This document shows, one piece after another, positions 1 through 12,926 of a DNA stretch of 64,000 nt. This DNA comes from Fimicolochytrium jonesii. Its lineage: Eukaryota. The notes below the pieces were generated by a model that had not been told where the DNA came from, made no database searches, and saw only the letters and a program-made list of their open reading frames with translations. The position numbers and the translations under genes were made by a program. Location: NCBI RefSeq assembly GCF_025526975.1, contig NW_026515668.1, positions 124,001 through 188,000 on the forward strand, given 5' to 3'. The first letter of the stretch is position 1. Each line of letters begins with the position of its first letter.

Positions 1-3000
1 CAGATCATGAGTTCGAGTTCGCTGGGGCGGCACATCTGGGGTTATTGCTAGGTGTGAGTTGTGAAATATGAGGGGGTTTGATGAATGCGCCAAGAAAACC
101 CACCTTTAACGCCTCACCCCCACAAACCCTCCAAAATCCCTTCCTAAACGCCGCAAACTGCCTCCTCGTCGAATCGACCACAAAATGGCGGACAAACAAA
201 TCCACATACTGTTTCCTATTCTCGTTGGTGACGAGCACGTCCTCGCCGCCGTGGACGAGCGGGAAAGTCTTGACTTGCCCGTAGACTTCGTAGGAGATTT
301 CAAAAGTGCGTACGAACACGTCTGCGACGTCGCCGTCGGTCCAAGTGAGGAGTTGCTCGAGGCCGCGACCGAGGGACTATGAATGAGTCGGGGGAAGTGG
401 TTGAGTAAGTATTGGTGCCGCAACCACAAATCGAAGTGGGTAGTAACTCACCGGCCACCCCTCCTTCAAATCCTCCAAAGTCGGCCCCTCATCCAGCAAC
501 CTCTTATACATAACCCTCGGGAACCTCACATCCAACATCACCCCATTATACAGCGCCAGCCCAAGCACCGTGCCCACCAGCTCAAACTCTCGCTCACTCT
601 CCAACGATGCGCCGTTGAGCCAGCACAGCCGCGTCTCGTCGTCGTAGGTGAACATGCCGTAGGAAGGATCGACGAGCTGGTCAATGAGGATCTGGAAGAA
701 CTCCTTTTGCACGCCGCCTTGGTCCATGCCTTCTTCGCCGCCGCCGATGAAGCGGATTTTGAGCGGTTTTTTGAGCTCGGTTTTGTGTTTGTCGAGCTGT
801 AAAAACGTGAGGCGGGATTCAGTAAGGCATAAACAACGTTGATTTATGACGACTAGAAGGGACACATCTCACCCACCCACCTGTTCCAGAACATCCTCAA
901 CCAACCTCTCCCTCCTCAAATCCAGCAACAAATACGGGCTACTCCGATCCTTCAACGACTGCTCCAGCATCGCCAAACCGGGGGACGCCTGCAAGAACTT
1001 CTGCGCATTCAGCACAAGGGACTGATGCACGAACGCATCCTCAAACTCGAGCGACATCTGCGCCATGGCGTCGATGTGCATGATGCGCATCTTGGAGACG
1101 GGGTCGAAGAGGAAGGGGTGGTGGAAGTAGCTGAATTCGGGGATGGGGGTCGGGAGGCGGGTGGTGTAGTGGATGTTTTGGGGGGAGGGCGGTTGAGGCT
1201 GAGAGGCGTGGCCCTGACGGGAAGGCTCTTGTTTCTTCGAGGTAGTAGTTGTGCGCTTCCATATCCGGTACTCCTCTTTGAAATTGAGCTTCTTTGTCGC
1301 AGCGTCGCTGTAGAAGGCCGCGATAGGCAGTAAAGGCTCTGGTTTTGCGGTCTCGTTGGCTGTATAGAGCATTTTCAGCACGTTGATGCAGGATAACAGG
1401 CCATCATCGATCTTGGTGCTGGGTTGAAAATTCGTGTCGAGGTACGACAGGAACAGATTGACGATCCGACGCAGGCCATCCGACTCGTAGCGCGACAGCC
1501 AACGGGAGAGGGTTCGCTCCATGTTATGTTTCAAACCGCCCAAGACTAGACATAGTCGGCGCAACAGCGGTTCTTGTGATTGCGCGCCGTCGTGCCATAA
1601 CGGACATTCCAGAATGATCAGAAGCTGGCGGCAATGGTGCGTAGATGCGGAGTTGAGTTTCCTCAGGTTCATTTGCAGTCGTGCAAGTGTGATCTCCAAC
1701 GCTTCCACAATGGCCATATAGAAAACCTCTCGCGGGAGCAGCTCCGCAATAATCGAGGACGCTTGTCGGAGTGCCGACATGTCGATGCCCGACGGGTGAG
1801 TGCGCTCTTCATCTGCAGCGAGAAAGCTGCGATTGAGAGCATCGCTGTCGGAATAGAGGGAGCGAAGTCGGTCAGTCAGCGGTTTGGTGTCGTTGGAGTC
1901 GTCGTACGCGGCCACCAGAGACTTCAGCAACGGTAGTGTCATGGCGGTCAAAGCCTGCGGACGGTTGATGATGGCAGGCTCGAGTGGTCCATTTGTACCA
2001 TGGCTTTCTTCCGCAAATACGGGGTTTGCTCCGAGTTCCTCAGTGTTGGTTGTAAACTTCAACGGCGAGCCTTTTCGCGATTTCGCATCTCGAGTGTTGG
2101 CACGCGACAGCTCGGGGGATGACATGGGCGTGCTTTCCGTTGACACCGACGGTGGTTGCATCAGCGATTCTGCAGGAATTGAGAAGTTGTTTAGAACGTA
2201 TTTCCCCAATGAGCATCATGAAAGGAAGCACCCACCTGTCATTGCTCCCAAACTGGGTAAGTCGGCAGAGGACCTGCTCCGCGCGCCCATCGACACATCA
2301 TTCACATCGACAACAATCTTGCTCAGCAACCGCAATCCCAGGGCCGATCCATCGTCGTAAGGCACCAAAGTCCGCTTCGTTCCGTATTCCACATCCCTCT
2401 CGGTATCCGCATCTGCAACCTCTGGGCGCCGGCCAGCGGCTAGATTCGCCCCATGGTGGACATTATCCAGCTCGCTCGTTGAGCGTGATCGCCGCATCCC
2501 TGATGCGTCTCCACCGCTTGGTCGAAACATGCTCGCGAAGGGTCCTGAAGCCAGCAGCGTGGTGAGGAAAGGCTGCGACACTCGCTTTGTATGTGATGGT
2601 TCGAGGGAAACACACTTTGCGTATGATGTCGGCTGTGATTGACTCGGCAACTTCCGTGACGCCTCTACCAGTCTGAGCGATTCATCGTCTCCATTCCCAA
2701 CAACCGACTGCAATGGTGCTCCACGAGCTGCCTCGTCCTCGGGGATCACCGGATTCAGCGGTATCCTTGGGCAGAAGAAGTGACGAGGCCGCGAAGCGAG
2801 CTGGACCGCCATAATCGCCGCGGCGTCGTGGTTAAGACGCGGACCCGCTCTGCAAGATCTGCATAACTTATGACTACATGACGAATCTCCACATCCCACC
2901 GATAGCTGATAGTAGTACCTGAATGAGGATGTTCGGTAGGAAGTTTGTGAGCTAGGGCACGAAGAGGTAGGAAGTGGCGAAACGGCATGACTACGGTACC

Positions 3001-3306
3001 CTACCGCCTGACCGCCCGTTCGAAGAGCGCTTTGTGGGAGGTGCTGCCGTCTCCGCCGTCACCCAGTCCACGCGCTGGCGAAGCGTTCGAAGAGTTTATC
3101 GGTTGCCCATTGTGGGAAGGGTCGGTTGAAGACGACACACGTTGTTTGGAAGGCGTAGGCAGAGCGGGCCGTGTTGAGAAGTGGAGTTCTTTTTCGAAGT
3201 GCTCGACACCATTCACGATGGAAGTCGGCGCAACGGCTGAAGGAACCGCTACGTCCCCGCCAGCACCTGGACGTCCTATCGATGTGGTAGCGGTTGCTGC
3301 GGACAT
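1..3306 (-). CDS. HECT-domain E3 ubiquitin ligase, multi-exon, 3' end runs off the window
   Basis: ORFs 3001-3375, 2216-2899, 869-2209, 377-865 and 5-319 are separated by GT-AG introns. HECT motifs: LRRERLVED, LKKPLKIRFIGGGEEGMDQGGVQKEFF, GLALYNGVMLDVRFP, VTNENRKQYV. The start codon (MSAATATT, 3306) is tentative. Confidence 0.9.
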
Positions 3307-3486
3307 GTGTTGTCTCGAGCGAGTTCGAAAAGGCGGAGTGAAAACGCGTTCGCGTTGTCCAGGAGCCCACGACAAACACTGCGACGGACGACATCATTGC
3401 CCATGTCCAGCGGGAACTTCGCCGATAGGGAGCAGGATGATCGTTGTTCCCGATTCAAAAATCGGGACCAAAAGAAAAAATCTAAC

Positions 3487-3558
3487 TGCCTGCACCAGGG
3501 ATTGAACCTGGGATCTTCTGTTTACAAGACAGACGCCTTGCCACTTAGCCATACAGGC
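3487..3558 (-). tRNA. tRNA-Thr(UGU)
   Basis: Reverse complement folds as a cloverleaf: GCCTGTA acceptor stem, D-loop TGGCTAAGTGG, anticodon arm TCTGT-CT-TGT-AA-ACAGA, T-loop GGTTCAATCC. A T-run terminator follows. Confidence 0.92.
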
Positions 3559-5062
3559 GCCGTTTCTTGGCCTAGTTCTCAGCGCAATCCTACCTCTGAC
3601 TGTGAGGATAAATGCAACGTTTGTCAGTTATTCTCAGTGCAATTCTGAAATGGACATCCTCCTCGTCCATAATAACAGCCTGCCGCGCGAGTTGTTCAAC
3701 AGCCAATAACATCGCCAGGTTGGTAAGGGAGCATGATCCCCAGGTCGGGAAGGCAGAACAGGCCCCGGGTCCACTCCAAACTTTCCAAAACAGCTTATAG
3801 CGGCCCATCCATCAGGAATATCCCGGCGGTCGTGGTTGACGAGCAGTCTCATGGTTCCCCACAAGCACGTTTGTTGCATTGACGCGCGGAGCTTTTGTGT
3901 CCAGCCAGAAATGCTTCAGAGCACGAGGTGTGTAGGTGAGCGATGGCTTCCGATAGCCGGTAGTGGTATGTGCGGGCCAGGTGAAACAAGCCGATACCGA
4001 GCATCCAATTCACCTTCTGGACGCGATCCCACGCGTTCGAAAGACTCCGTGCACTCACGCGGCACCATGGTGTCCCCACAGTGCCCACACTGCGTCCTCC
4101 ATGTGCATGAGACCTTTCGTGCCCTCCACGTTTTCGCACGGTGCCTGCCAATGTCGAACATCCTCCCTCCCACTTTGCTCCCTCCTCCTCTCACCCTGCG
4201 TGCTCAGCAGCTTCTCCGCGGCCTCCACCACCTCCCCATGCCATTTGGGCCCAACGACGCCAGGAAGGTACATGTAGAGCGGGTGGTCCTCCTGATCGAT
4301 CCCCAGGGTGGGTTTGTGGGCGAGAAGCGTCAGGCCGGTGGTATGGAAGTTTGTTAAGTTCGCCTTCATTTTCCCCCGCTTGGAGATCCGAATGAGATCT
4401 CGGAGGAGCACAGGATGTCCCTTCTTATGGGCAAAGGCTTTTCCAATTTCCTTCTCGAGAGATCTGCATTTCTGGCGAGCAAACTCTACCTCAGGTTCGG
4501 TGTCGAACTCCTCATATGTCGGGATGAACGCGGGCCCTGCGGGTTGCAGTGCTCATGTTGAAGGAGTTGTCGCTGTCCACGTCGTTCTCCCCGGCGCTGT
4601 CATAAGTCTCTGCCTCAGCTCTGCGCATGCCCGTCCCAGCCCTGCTCCGCACCCCCCCCCCACGGCGAACAGCAGAAGTGGTGCGCCCGCCCCCGATCGT
4701 GCGTAGGCTGCCGCGTCCAGCGTGTGAACTGCTACCGCCACCGCTCGCACTGGGTCCCCGGCCTACGCCTCCCCCGCCTCCTCCCCCCCTCCTCCTGGGT
4801 TAAAAGCAGCTCCATCGACGTAGGCATGTCCCACTGGTGTCGTTGGTGATGATGTTGGGCTACGTGGAGTTATGTGGTGTTTAACGCTTGTAACGAGTGC
4901 GCAAAAGATTAACTCGTCACGTGAGGAAGAAGTTTAATCCTTGCGACGTTCCCGACAGGGGAACATCCTGGGGAACATCGAAAGCATTTTGCAAGGACCA
5001 CCTGCCCCCGTTTGCCGTTGACATCCATAGTTTAATTCCTCGCAAACCGCAATATCGAAACC

Positions 5063-5960
5063 ATGATCAACATAAGACCAGCTACCGTAAGTTGCTTCGT
5101 TGTCTTTTTTGCGAATTCATTGTCCTGACCATGTCGTTTGACGTCCACTCCTCAACCGAGAAACAGGTCGATGATCTCCTCTCGATGCAGAACTGCAACT
5201 TGATGAACCTGCCAGAAAACTACCAGATGAAGTACTACATCTACCACGCGCTATCGTGGCCGCAGCTGTCCTATGTCGCGACCGATCCGAAAGGGAGGAT
5301 TGTGGGCTACGTTTTGGCGAAAATGTATGTTGGCGACGGGATAGTTATGGAGGAGAATGGGAGTCTACGGACTTCATCAGGACGGAGAATGCTTGGAGGG
5401 GCGGAGAAGTACTTCGAAACGGACGAGGGGCTGATGTCTGATACGTGATACAGGGAAGAAGACTCGACAGACTCTCCTCACGGGCACATCACGAGTTTGT
5501 CAGTCATGCGAAACTGGCGGCGTCTGGGGCTTGCGGAGAAGCTCATGAGTCAAGCACGTAAGTTGAGGAATGTCATACGAGATTCCAATAATACGCGCCA
5601 GCATGGCTCATATCGACATGTTTACTTGACCACGCTAGAAAAGGCAATGGCAGAAGCCTTCCAAGCGCACTACGTCTCGTTGCACGTGCGTAAAAGCAAC
5701 CGCGCCGCGCTGCATCTGTATCGGGATACGCTGAAGTTTGAGGTGCATGACCTCGAGAAGGCTTATTACGCGGATGGAGAGGTATGTAGAGCCTGTGTAT
5801 CCGGAGGGGTGTAGGTTTATGATGTATCTAACCGTCGTCCCATTGAAAGGACGCATATGCCATGCGCAAGAACTTACGAGAGTCGGAAGCCTCGGCCTTG
5901 GCCAACCCAGCGAAATCAAAAGCTGTGAATGGGCAGGGACCCGTTACGGCTTCTACATGA
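5063..5960 (+). CDS. NAA10: N-terminal acetyltransferase A catalytic subunit (Ard1/Naa10), multi-exon
   Basis: Spliced exons read MINIRPAT / [38 protein letters not shown]...GYVLAKM / [23 protein letters not shown] / [16 protein letters not shown]...YYADGE / DAYAMRK. Confidence 0.95.
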
Positions 5961-6583
5961 GCGTCCCCCTTTGGATACATTCAGAGGCGAATCTCACCAG
6001 GGGGTGATCTACCCCACTCGGAGATGATGGCGTATAACGCCGCATCGCCGCGCCGCCGCACCCGCCTGCTCACGGCTTGCCCACACATACGACCGTCTCC
6101 TGTACCGACCAATCCAGTGTAGAGCGCTCACACCTCACCTGCCCCCATCGTGTATTTATTTACAATACAATCACTGCGAAAAGGTGCGCGGAACATGGTG
6201 ACGTTCTCGAAGCGGGTGTTAAAACAAAAGATGGGCATGAGTGAACATACAGTCGCCTTCAACTCCAGGACAACGAATGTCGTCCAACCCATTCGGCTCG
6301 CTGCGTTGGATGCGTTTGTTGAGGGACACCGCTGGATTGAATACGCTTGTAAGGCCGGATGTCCCCCAACCCAGCGACTGAACCCTGTCGTGGACTCCGA
6401 GTCGCTCCTATAGTTTGAAGCAGTTTTCACAATAAGGGCAGATCCGGTGCGGTCTTGCAGTAGGGAGCGGGTGCGCTCATATCCCTGCTCAAACTTTTTA
6501 CCGCTAGTGGCTCCGGGTTGTTCTGGGATGAGCCATCACACGCAATTGAAAATCGCGCATACCATTCCCTTGCGAGATGCAAA

Positions 6584-7261
6584 TCACCTCTCCATATCCG
6601 CAATGTCCCCATCCGCCCCCTCAACCCCCTCCATCTCCTCGCCCGCCCCCTCAGCCTCCGGCTCCTCATACGGCAACAGCTCATGCACAACCGCAACCAT
6701 AGCCTCCTGCTGGTCATCCGAGAACCGGTCTTCGATGCACTCGATAAGCTAAAAGTCCAAGGCGTCAGAAAAAACTCATAGGTGGGAAATAACGAATTTT
6801 GATGGGAAGAATAAAACGTACAGCGTTCAACTCAGCCGTAGATTTCGGCCGCACGTTCAGTAGCATCAATTTCTCGGCTTTGGTCAGGTCGTAACTCCGG
6901 AGCGCTTGCATGAAGGCTGCGATCTCGGGTTCGGTTTGGCTGGAGGCGGGGGTGCCTTCGAGGTAGGCTATTGTCTGGCGAGGTGAAATTCACGGGTGAG
7001 ACCAAGAGACGGATAGAAATGGGCACAGCGATACATACCTCCTTCTCGACAGACCGTAAATCATCCAGCGGATCCTCCTGCGCAAACCCAAACCGTGCTG
7101 GCACGCTCGGTGGGACCTGGTCTTGTTGAACCTCCTTGAGGAATTGGAGGACTTCTGCATTGCTCACTGGAACAGAGAGTGTCAGGAGAAGTTGGTGGGT
7201 CAGCGGAAAGACTGGGGGGACAACACTAACAGTGAGCGGAGCGCAGTTCTATAACTTCCAT
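6584..7261 (-). CDS. RPC17: RNA polymerase III subunit RPC17/RPC9 (Rpb4 family), multi-exon
   Basis: LSNAEVLQFLKE N-terminus, then YLEGTPASSQ...YDLTKAEKLMLLNVRPKSTAE, then IEDRFSDDQQEAMVAVV and an acidic tail. GT-AG introns. Confidence 0.8.
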
Positions 7262-7385
7262 TGATCGTTAAGTGTTTGGACTGTGCGAGTTCGGGGCGGG
7301 AGGAGGTGTCCTGGGACTAAGAGACCATAGTCTCACAGTTCACGGGGACGGGAACCCGCTGTGGACGTTGGAAATATGATGAGAT

Positions 7386-7544
7386 CCCTAACCCTAACCC
7401 TAACCCAATCCCCCCAGCATCCCATCATCACGTCCTCCAACAAACGCATCCAGCGCAGTGAGCTTCCTCCAACCCAGCGAGCGTCCTCCAACCACCGCAT
7501 CTAACCCTAACCTTAGCCCTAACCCTAGCCCTTAACCCTAACCC
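7386..7544. repeat. Two short interstitial (CCCTAA)n telomere-like clusters
   Basis: ccctaaccctaaccctaacccaatccc at ~7386-7412 and ctaaccctaaccttagccctaaccctagcccttaaccctaaccc at 7501-7544, between divergent genes. Confidence 0.85.
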
Positions 7545-7795
7545 ACGCACACCTAGTTTCAATACGTATGAGAAAAGAGGCAAAGGCGTGTGGTGCATGG
7601 TTTTCTGTCTGTTTCAAACAAATAAACGCGAGAACATGATGATAATCTGCGGTATAATATCCGTGGGCGTGGAGAGTCTTTTCTGGAGGCGGCGGCCCCA
7701 GTTGACGCCGTGGACTGATTTACATACTGCAAAGGCTCTTGTTGTGGGGTCATCAAACTGGTACATTGACTCCATAGAAGCGACAAGCATCAAAG

Positions 7796-9021
7796 ATGGC
7801 GGACTACTACGACGACTTTGCGACCTACGTCATGGAGGCCTCAGGCCCCTTCGCTACCCTGATCGTCGACCTCAAGTTCCAACTCACAAAGCTTCAGTTT
7901 GCCGCCGCACCTTACATCCGCCCCGTCTTCGAACTGGCACAATCCGCCGAGGAGAGCCTGCCGACTTTCGCTAAAGTGCCGATTGCGGCTATTGCTGCTA
8001 TTGCTATCGTCTTGCACGTTGCGAACTACAATGCTACTGCTCACCTTGAATACCGCAAGCGTTATTTCGAGAAGGTGAGGGACTGGCGTTGGAGGTGTGA
8101 ACTGGAGGAGCGGTGATCTGCAGTGGGCCGGCTCTAGGTGGATAGGGTGGACAAAGAAGGGAAATGGAACACATCATATGGGCTAAACACGGCAGACCAT
8201 TGACGACGCTGATTCCTCGAGGCGTTGGCGAAAACTTGAGAAGACGTACGATCTCACTTCCAATCGAACATTCTTCATTTGTTTCCTTTCGTAGATCTTT
8301 GGGAGAGGTGCTGCCATCTACATATATGCCGTCTACTTGATCCTTTCCGCGCTGGTCAGAGATCACTATGTCATGCAGGCTGTGGAGAGTGATGTGAACT
8401 CGGTATGTACGACGCGCAACGGCTTGCATCATCTACCACCGCTACTGACGCATGTTTGCTCATATGCGCAGCTCGTCCTCTTTCCCCACAATCTCGCATC
8501 CACCATCAGCAAGTTCCTCATCTTCTTTGGCGTGTTCTTGAACTTGTGGACTTTGAAAGCCCTCGGAGTCAAAGGGATGTACAACGGCGACAGCTTCGGC
8601 CACTACTTGCCAAAGCGAGTAGAGGATGGTCCCTACCTTCTCTTCGACCATCCGCAATATGTCGGCACCACCCTTGCATTGCTCGGCTATGCTGTCAAGT
8701 TTCAATCTATGGTTGGATATGGTAAATATGCGAGCAGTGGTAACCGAGTTCGGCATCGGGAGAATGAAGACGCTGACGTGCTTCATCCTTTCAGCTCTTA
8801 CAGCGTTGCTTTACGGCGTCTTCATGGTGTCAGCGTACAAGATTGAAGATCCTCATATGCGCAGGATTTTCGCCGAGAAGGACAAGAAGGAAGCTCTCGC
8901 CGCGGCTGTCAATTCTACCACGGGAGTTGGAAGTTCTGACACCCCAAGCGGAAGGAGCTCCACTACCAACCAAAATGCCACCGGCAAGAAAGGCAGCAAG
9001 AAGGGCAGGCGGATCGACTGA
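7796..9021 (+). CDS. Phospholipid (phosphatidylethanolamine) N-methyltransferase, PEMT/Opi3-like, multi-exon
   Basis: LNLWTLKALGVKGMYNGDSFG and GPYLLFDHPQYVGTTL are PEMT-family motifs. Hydrophobic segments and a C-terminal IEDPHMRRIF are present. Confidence 0.8.
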
Positions 9022-9950
9022 GTTGTGAGAATCTGCTTCTTCCGCCGGGAGCAATCATGCCTCTAGTATCATTATGTGTAACTTACAGTAGACGATCACA
9101 GCCCTTTGTACTGCCCTAGCATAATTCGTAGAACGTTCAATTTCGAAATTCCGGCGCTTCGTTCGCGAAATCGACATTACCTTCCGTCGGTTTTCGCATG
9201 GACCTTTTTGCACAATTTCCCCATCTCACAGGCTGGTTTCGTTTTGCAAGTAACATCCTTAAAATCTATTATATTTTCATCGCAGGGGAGTTCCAGAGAA
9301 GGGGGTGTGCAGTTTGGAACACAAGAGACGAGTATGGCCGATGTTACCCCGTTGTTGCAAAGGTTCCGAAGAGCACCAGCGATGAAGTTCTTCCTTGGTA
9401 TGGTCAACCTCAGGCCAGTCACAACCGCGACGGTTCACTTTATGTCGGAGGATACATCAATTCACCTTTCTCATGGGCAATACATTCCAAGACCGGGGTA
9501 TGCTGCATACCTTGCATTCCGAGACTTCCCCAACAAACCTTACCACAAGCTTGGGGGATAAATGCAACGTTTGTGAGTGCCGTCCCCTTTCTCAGTGCAA
9601 TTCTGAAATGGACCTCCTCCTCGTCCATAGACTCTAGAGGACTATACGTTCCTTGTCTAGAGCGCATTGCGTGGGTGACTGGGGGCCGGCCAGCCGCGAC
9701 TACGAACCTACAGTACAAAATGCCGTCGATTTCGACGCGCCCGTCGTAACGTCCTGCTGTAATACTGTTACGTTCCTCGTCCAGAGAAGCACAACCCCTC
9801 CATCACGACATAAGACACACTGCTGCATCCGTTCCCGTTCTCAGGGGCCAGCCAGCCGGTCCCTCGTCTCTCTCTCTCTCTCCCTCTCTCCCTCTCTCTA
9901 CCCATCCAACTCAGCGGCTGCTGCCCCGTGTCTCAATCTCTCGGCCCTAC

Positions 9951-12697
9951 ATGTCAGGTCTGGAAAACACGTCCCAAGTATGGTCGTCCGATGGCGACAG
10001 CTTGGGCTTGACAGACACAGGCTCCAGCACAGCCGTTGAAGGCTTGCCACCCGACGAGGAACTGTTTACGCCAGGAGACACCCTTGTGCCAACGGAAAGT
10101 ATCAACAGCAGTCTTCTCGTCACACCCGCAGCAGAACTTGCACAATCACCACTCCCCAACCCGTTCGCGGAACTTGAAAGTCCATCAGTGAAGCCAGAAG
10201 GAACAACAGACAGCGCTCAGCTCACAGTGGAAGATACTCTGAAAAGCCTGCCACCCCGCAGAAACTCGCCTCTTGAGGAGTTTCTGAGTCTCAAACCGAC
10301 CGAAGGTCCCCACATTGACGCGGGTGAAGATGGCCGAACAACTGAAACACAGGCCGTAGCGAATGACGTTGAAGCCCCCGACGTAGAAGAAGAGGACGAG
10401 CACGCCCTTGCGCCTATCTTGGCGCACATAGATGCTGCCTTGGAGGCGGTGGCTCTACCGCATGAGCCGGAAATTGTTACCGAGGTTGAGTGGGGTGCGT
10501 TTGGGGATGGTGCAGGAGCGAGGGTGGACGCATCAGGGGAGAGTGAGCAGATCGGAGGGCTGGTGGGTGCGCAAACGAAGGCAGACACGGGGGAGACGAG
10601 TCTGCTGGATGACGACGTCCGGAATGCTGATGCCAATGCCGATGTGCAGACGGCACCATTGCTGGACTCGGCCGGACCCCCGCTCGATTTCAGCTTGGTA
10701 GACGACACTGCCCACAAACCACCGGACGATCCGGACTCCACTATCATCCAAGCAGATCCAGCGTCACAGTCGCAAGTCCTCGATTTCAGCCTGCTGGACG
10801 ACACCGCCCACAAACCACCCGACGAATCAAATTTCACGACCCCAATATCACAGCCTCAAACCGACAACGCATTCGATGCTCCCTCCCCAGACCCACAACC
10901 AAAAGATGAACCTCCAGCATCATCTCCCTCCCAACAATCCCCACCACCCTCGCAATCCGCCTTCACAGCCTTCCTTCCCCCACCACCCGCGCCCTCATCC
11001 ACTCTCACATCCTCCCAAACTTCCCTCCTAGGCTCCACCCCCTTCCTCCCGCCCCCGCCAGCAGCCGGACCCCTCTCCACGGGTTTCAACGACGACGACG
11101 ACGGGTTTGGGTCAGACGATGGGTTTGGTGATTTTGGCGAGTTTGGGAGGGGGCATCATCATGCGGCCCCTCCTGTGGTTGCAGCGCCGGTGTTGAGCGC
11201 CCCGCCACCGACAGCTGCGGATGGCGAGGATGATTTTGGCGATTTTGATGATTTTGCTCAGCCGAGTGGGGGTGGGGTTGTCGCTGCACCCGATGTACGG
11301 CCGACACCAACGACGGCCGCACAGAATAGGGATGCGGGGATAGGCAATGTGTTTGATGTCCCGCCGGATCCTCAAGCTGAGGAGCGGATTGCTCGGTTAC
11401 TCGTAAGTCCCACTCCCATCAAACACCTTTCATTGCCCCGCCGTTGACTCACGCTCATTGTGAATGACAGGACGCCCACCTCCCCCACGCCGCATTATCC
11501 ATTCAAACCCTCGTAGACGATTTCAACGCCAAGCTAGCCAAACTCTTCCCCGCGAGCGCGTTACCGGAAAGCAGCGAGGCTGGTGCCGTGGTCTCCTTTT
11601 TGGCCACTGACGAGTCGGCGGCTGATGATGGTGCTGGTGCAACAGCGGGGGAGGGGAAGCCGAAGACGGTTGTGCCGAATGCGGGGTTTGCTGGGGAGGA
11701 ATGGTAAGGGTGAAAATGGAACAACTTGCATTTCTCTGGTCGCCCGATCAAATAAATCAATGCAGGAACTGACACCTCCCTTGTCCTTCGGCAGGTACAA
11801 AACCTACCAAAAACTCGCCTCCGAAACCTGCTACAACGACAACATCGGCAAACAGTTCCGCTGGCGTAAGAGCCATATCCGCCACGCGTTCCTGCAAGGG
11901 TTGGATATCCATGTCAACCTAGACGATGTACGTTCCACACATCGCCCCCTCATCTTAACCCCTCTACGTCTCATCTATCTCACTCCCTCTCCTCAAAACA
12001 GACACCTCGCACGACAGCCCCACCCCTCCTGCACGAAACATCCTCCTCCTCCTCCGCCTTCTTCTCCAACTTCCCTCAACAAGGCAGCACACCCACATCA
12101 GCCTTCCCACCTGCCTCGGCGCTAACAACCCCCGCGTTGTCCCGCCAGCCGTCGGATGTGGGCAGTGCTGCGGAGTTTTCTGTGGCGAAGGGCAAGGGGA
12201 GGGAACAGGAGTTGAGTGAGGCGAAGAGGTTGTGTGATTTGACTGAGGGTTCGTTTTCACCTCTCTCCCTCCGTGCTTTCTCCCGTCCCTTGTGTCCACC
12301 CCCAAACTAAACCCACCCACACCCCTCTAATGGAATCATAGACGACCTCCGCAACAAATCCCTCACGGAGCTCTCCCAACTCATCGCGCAACTGACAACG
12401 TACCACCGCAAACTGCAAGATCAGGCGAACTACTGGCTCGACTCGAAGGAGCAGCTGGTGATGGACGCCGAGATGCATAATAAGATGATCGCCAGTTTGG
12501 TGCAGTATGCGCAAATGCAGCAGGTTGCGCCCAAGGGTAAGGGTTTTGGGAGGTGACCTGACAGCTTTTTACAGTCAATTTACACCGTCGTTTCCCGTCA
12601 TTTACGTTCCATTAACTTTTCCGTCTAATTTTACCTACTACCACCAACCACAGCGGGATCGCGAAGCACATCGCCAGGCAAGAAAGGGCGGCGCTGA
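9951..12697 (+). CDS. Aftiphilin-like acidic low-complexity protein, multi-exon
   Basis: Repeated DDGFGDFGEF / DDFGDFDDF adaptor-binding motifs, an FRWRKSHIRHAFLQGLDIHVNLDD block and a C-terminal coiled coil. Exon limits inferred from GT-AG sites. Confidence 0.65.
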
Positions 12698-12926
12698 GGC
12701 ACTAATCAAGGACGACGACGACGCAGGGTGGGATGCAGAGATGGACTGCAATCGGAAAGTGCATGGGACTTGAGAATACACCCTACACCCCACGTGTTCC
12801 CTCGTTCGCGGGACACTATTGCATGGCTTCATTGGTTATCTCCATATCATTTTTTTTGGGATGTTCACCAATAGAGAATAGGGACGGTGATGTTTCTGGC
12901 TGGTTAAATTACGCCCGTTTTTCACT

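Noticed and set aside
6128..6560. Possible structured ncRNA or small ORF between NAA10 and RPC17
   Set aside because: No diagnostic RNase P/MRP or snRNA motif matched, and the overlapping ORFs have no recognisable features.
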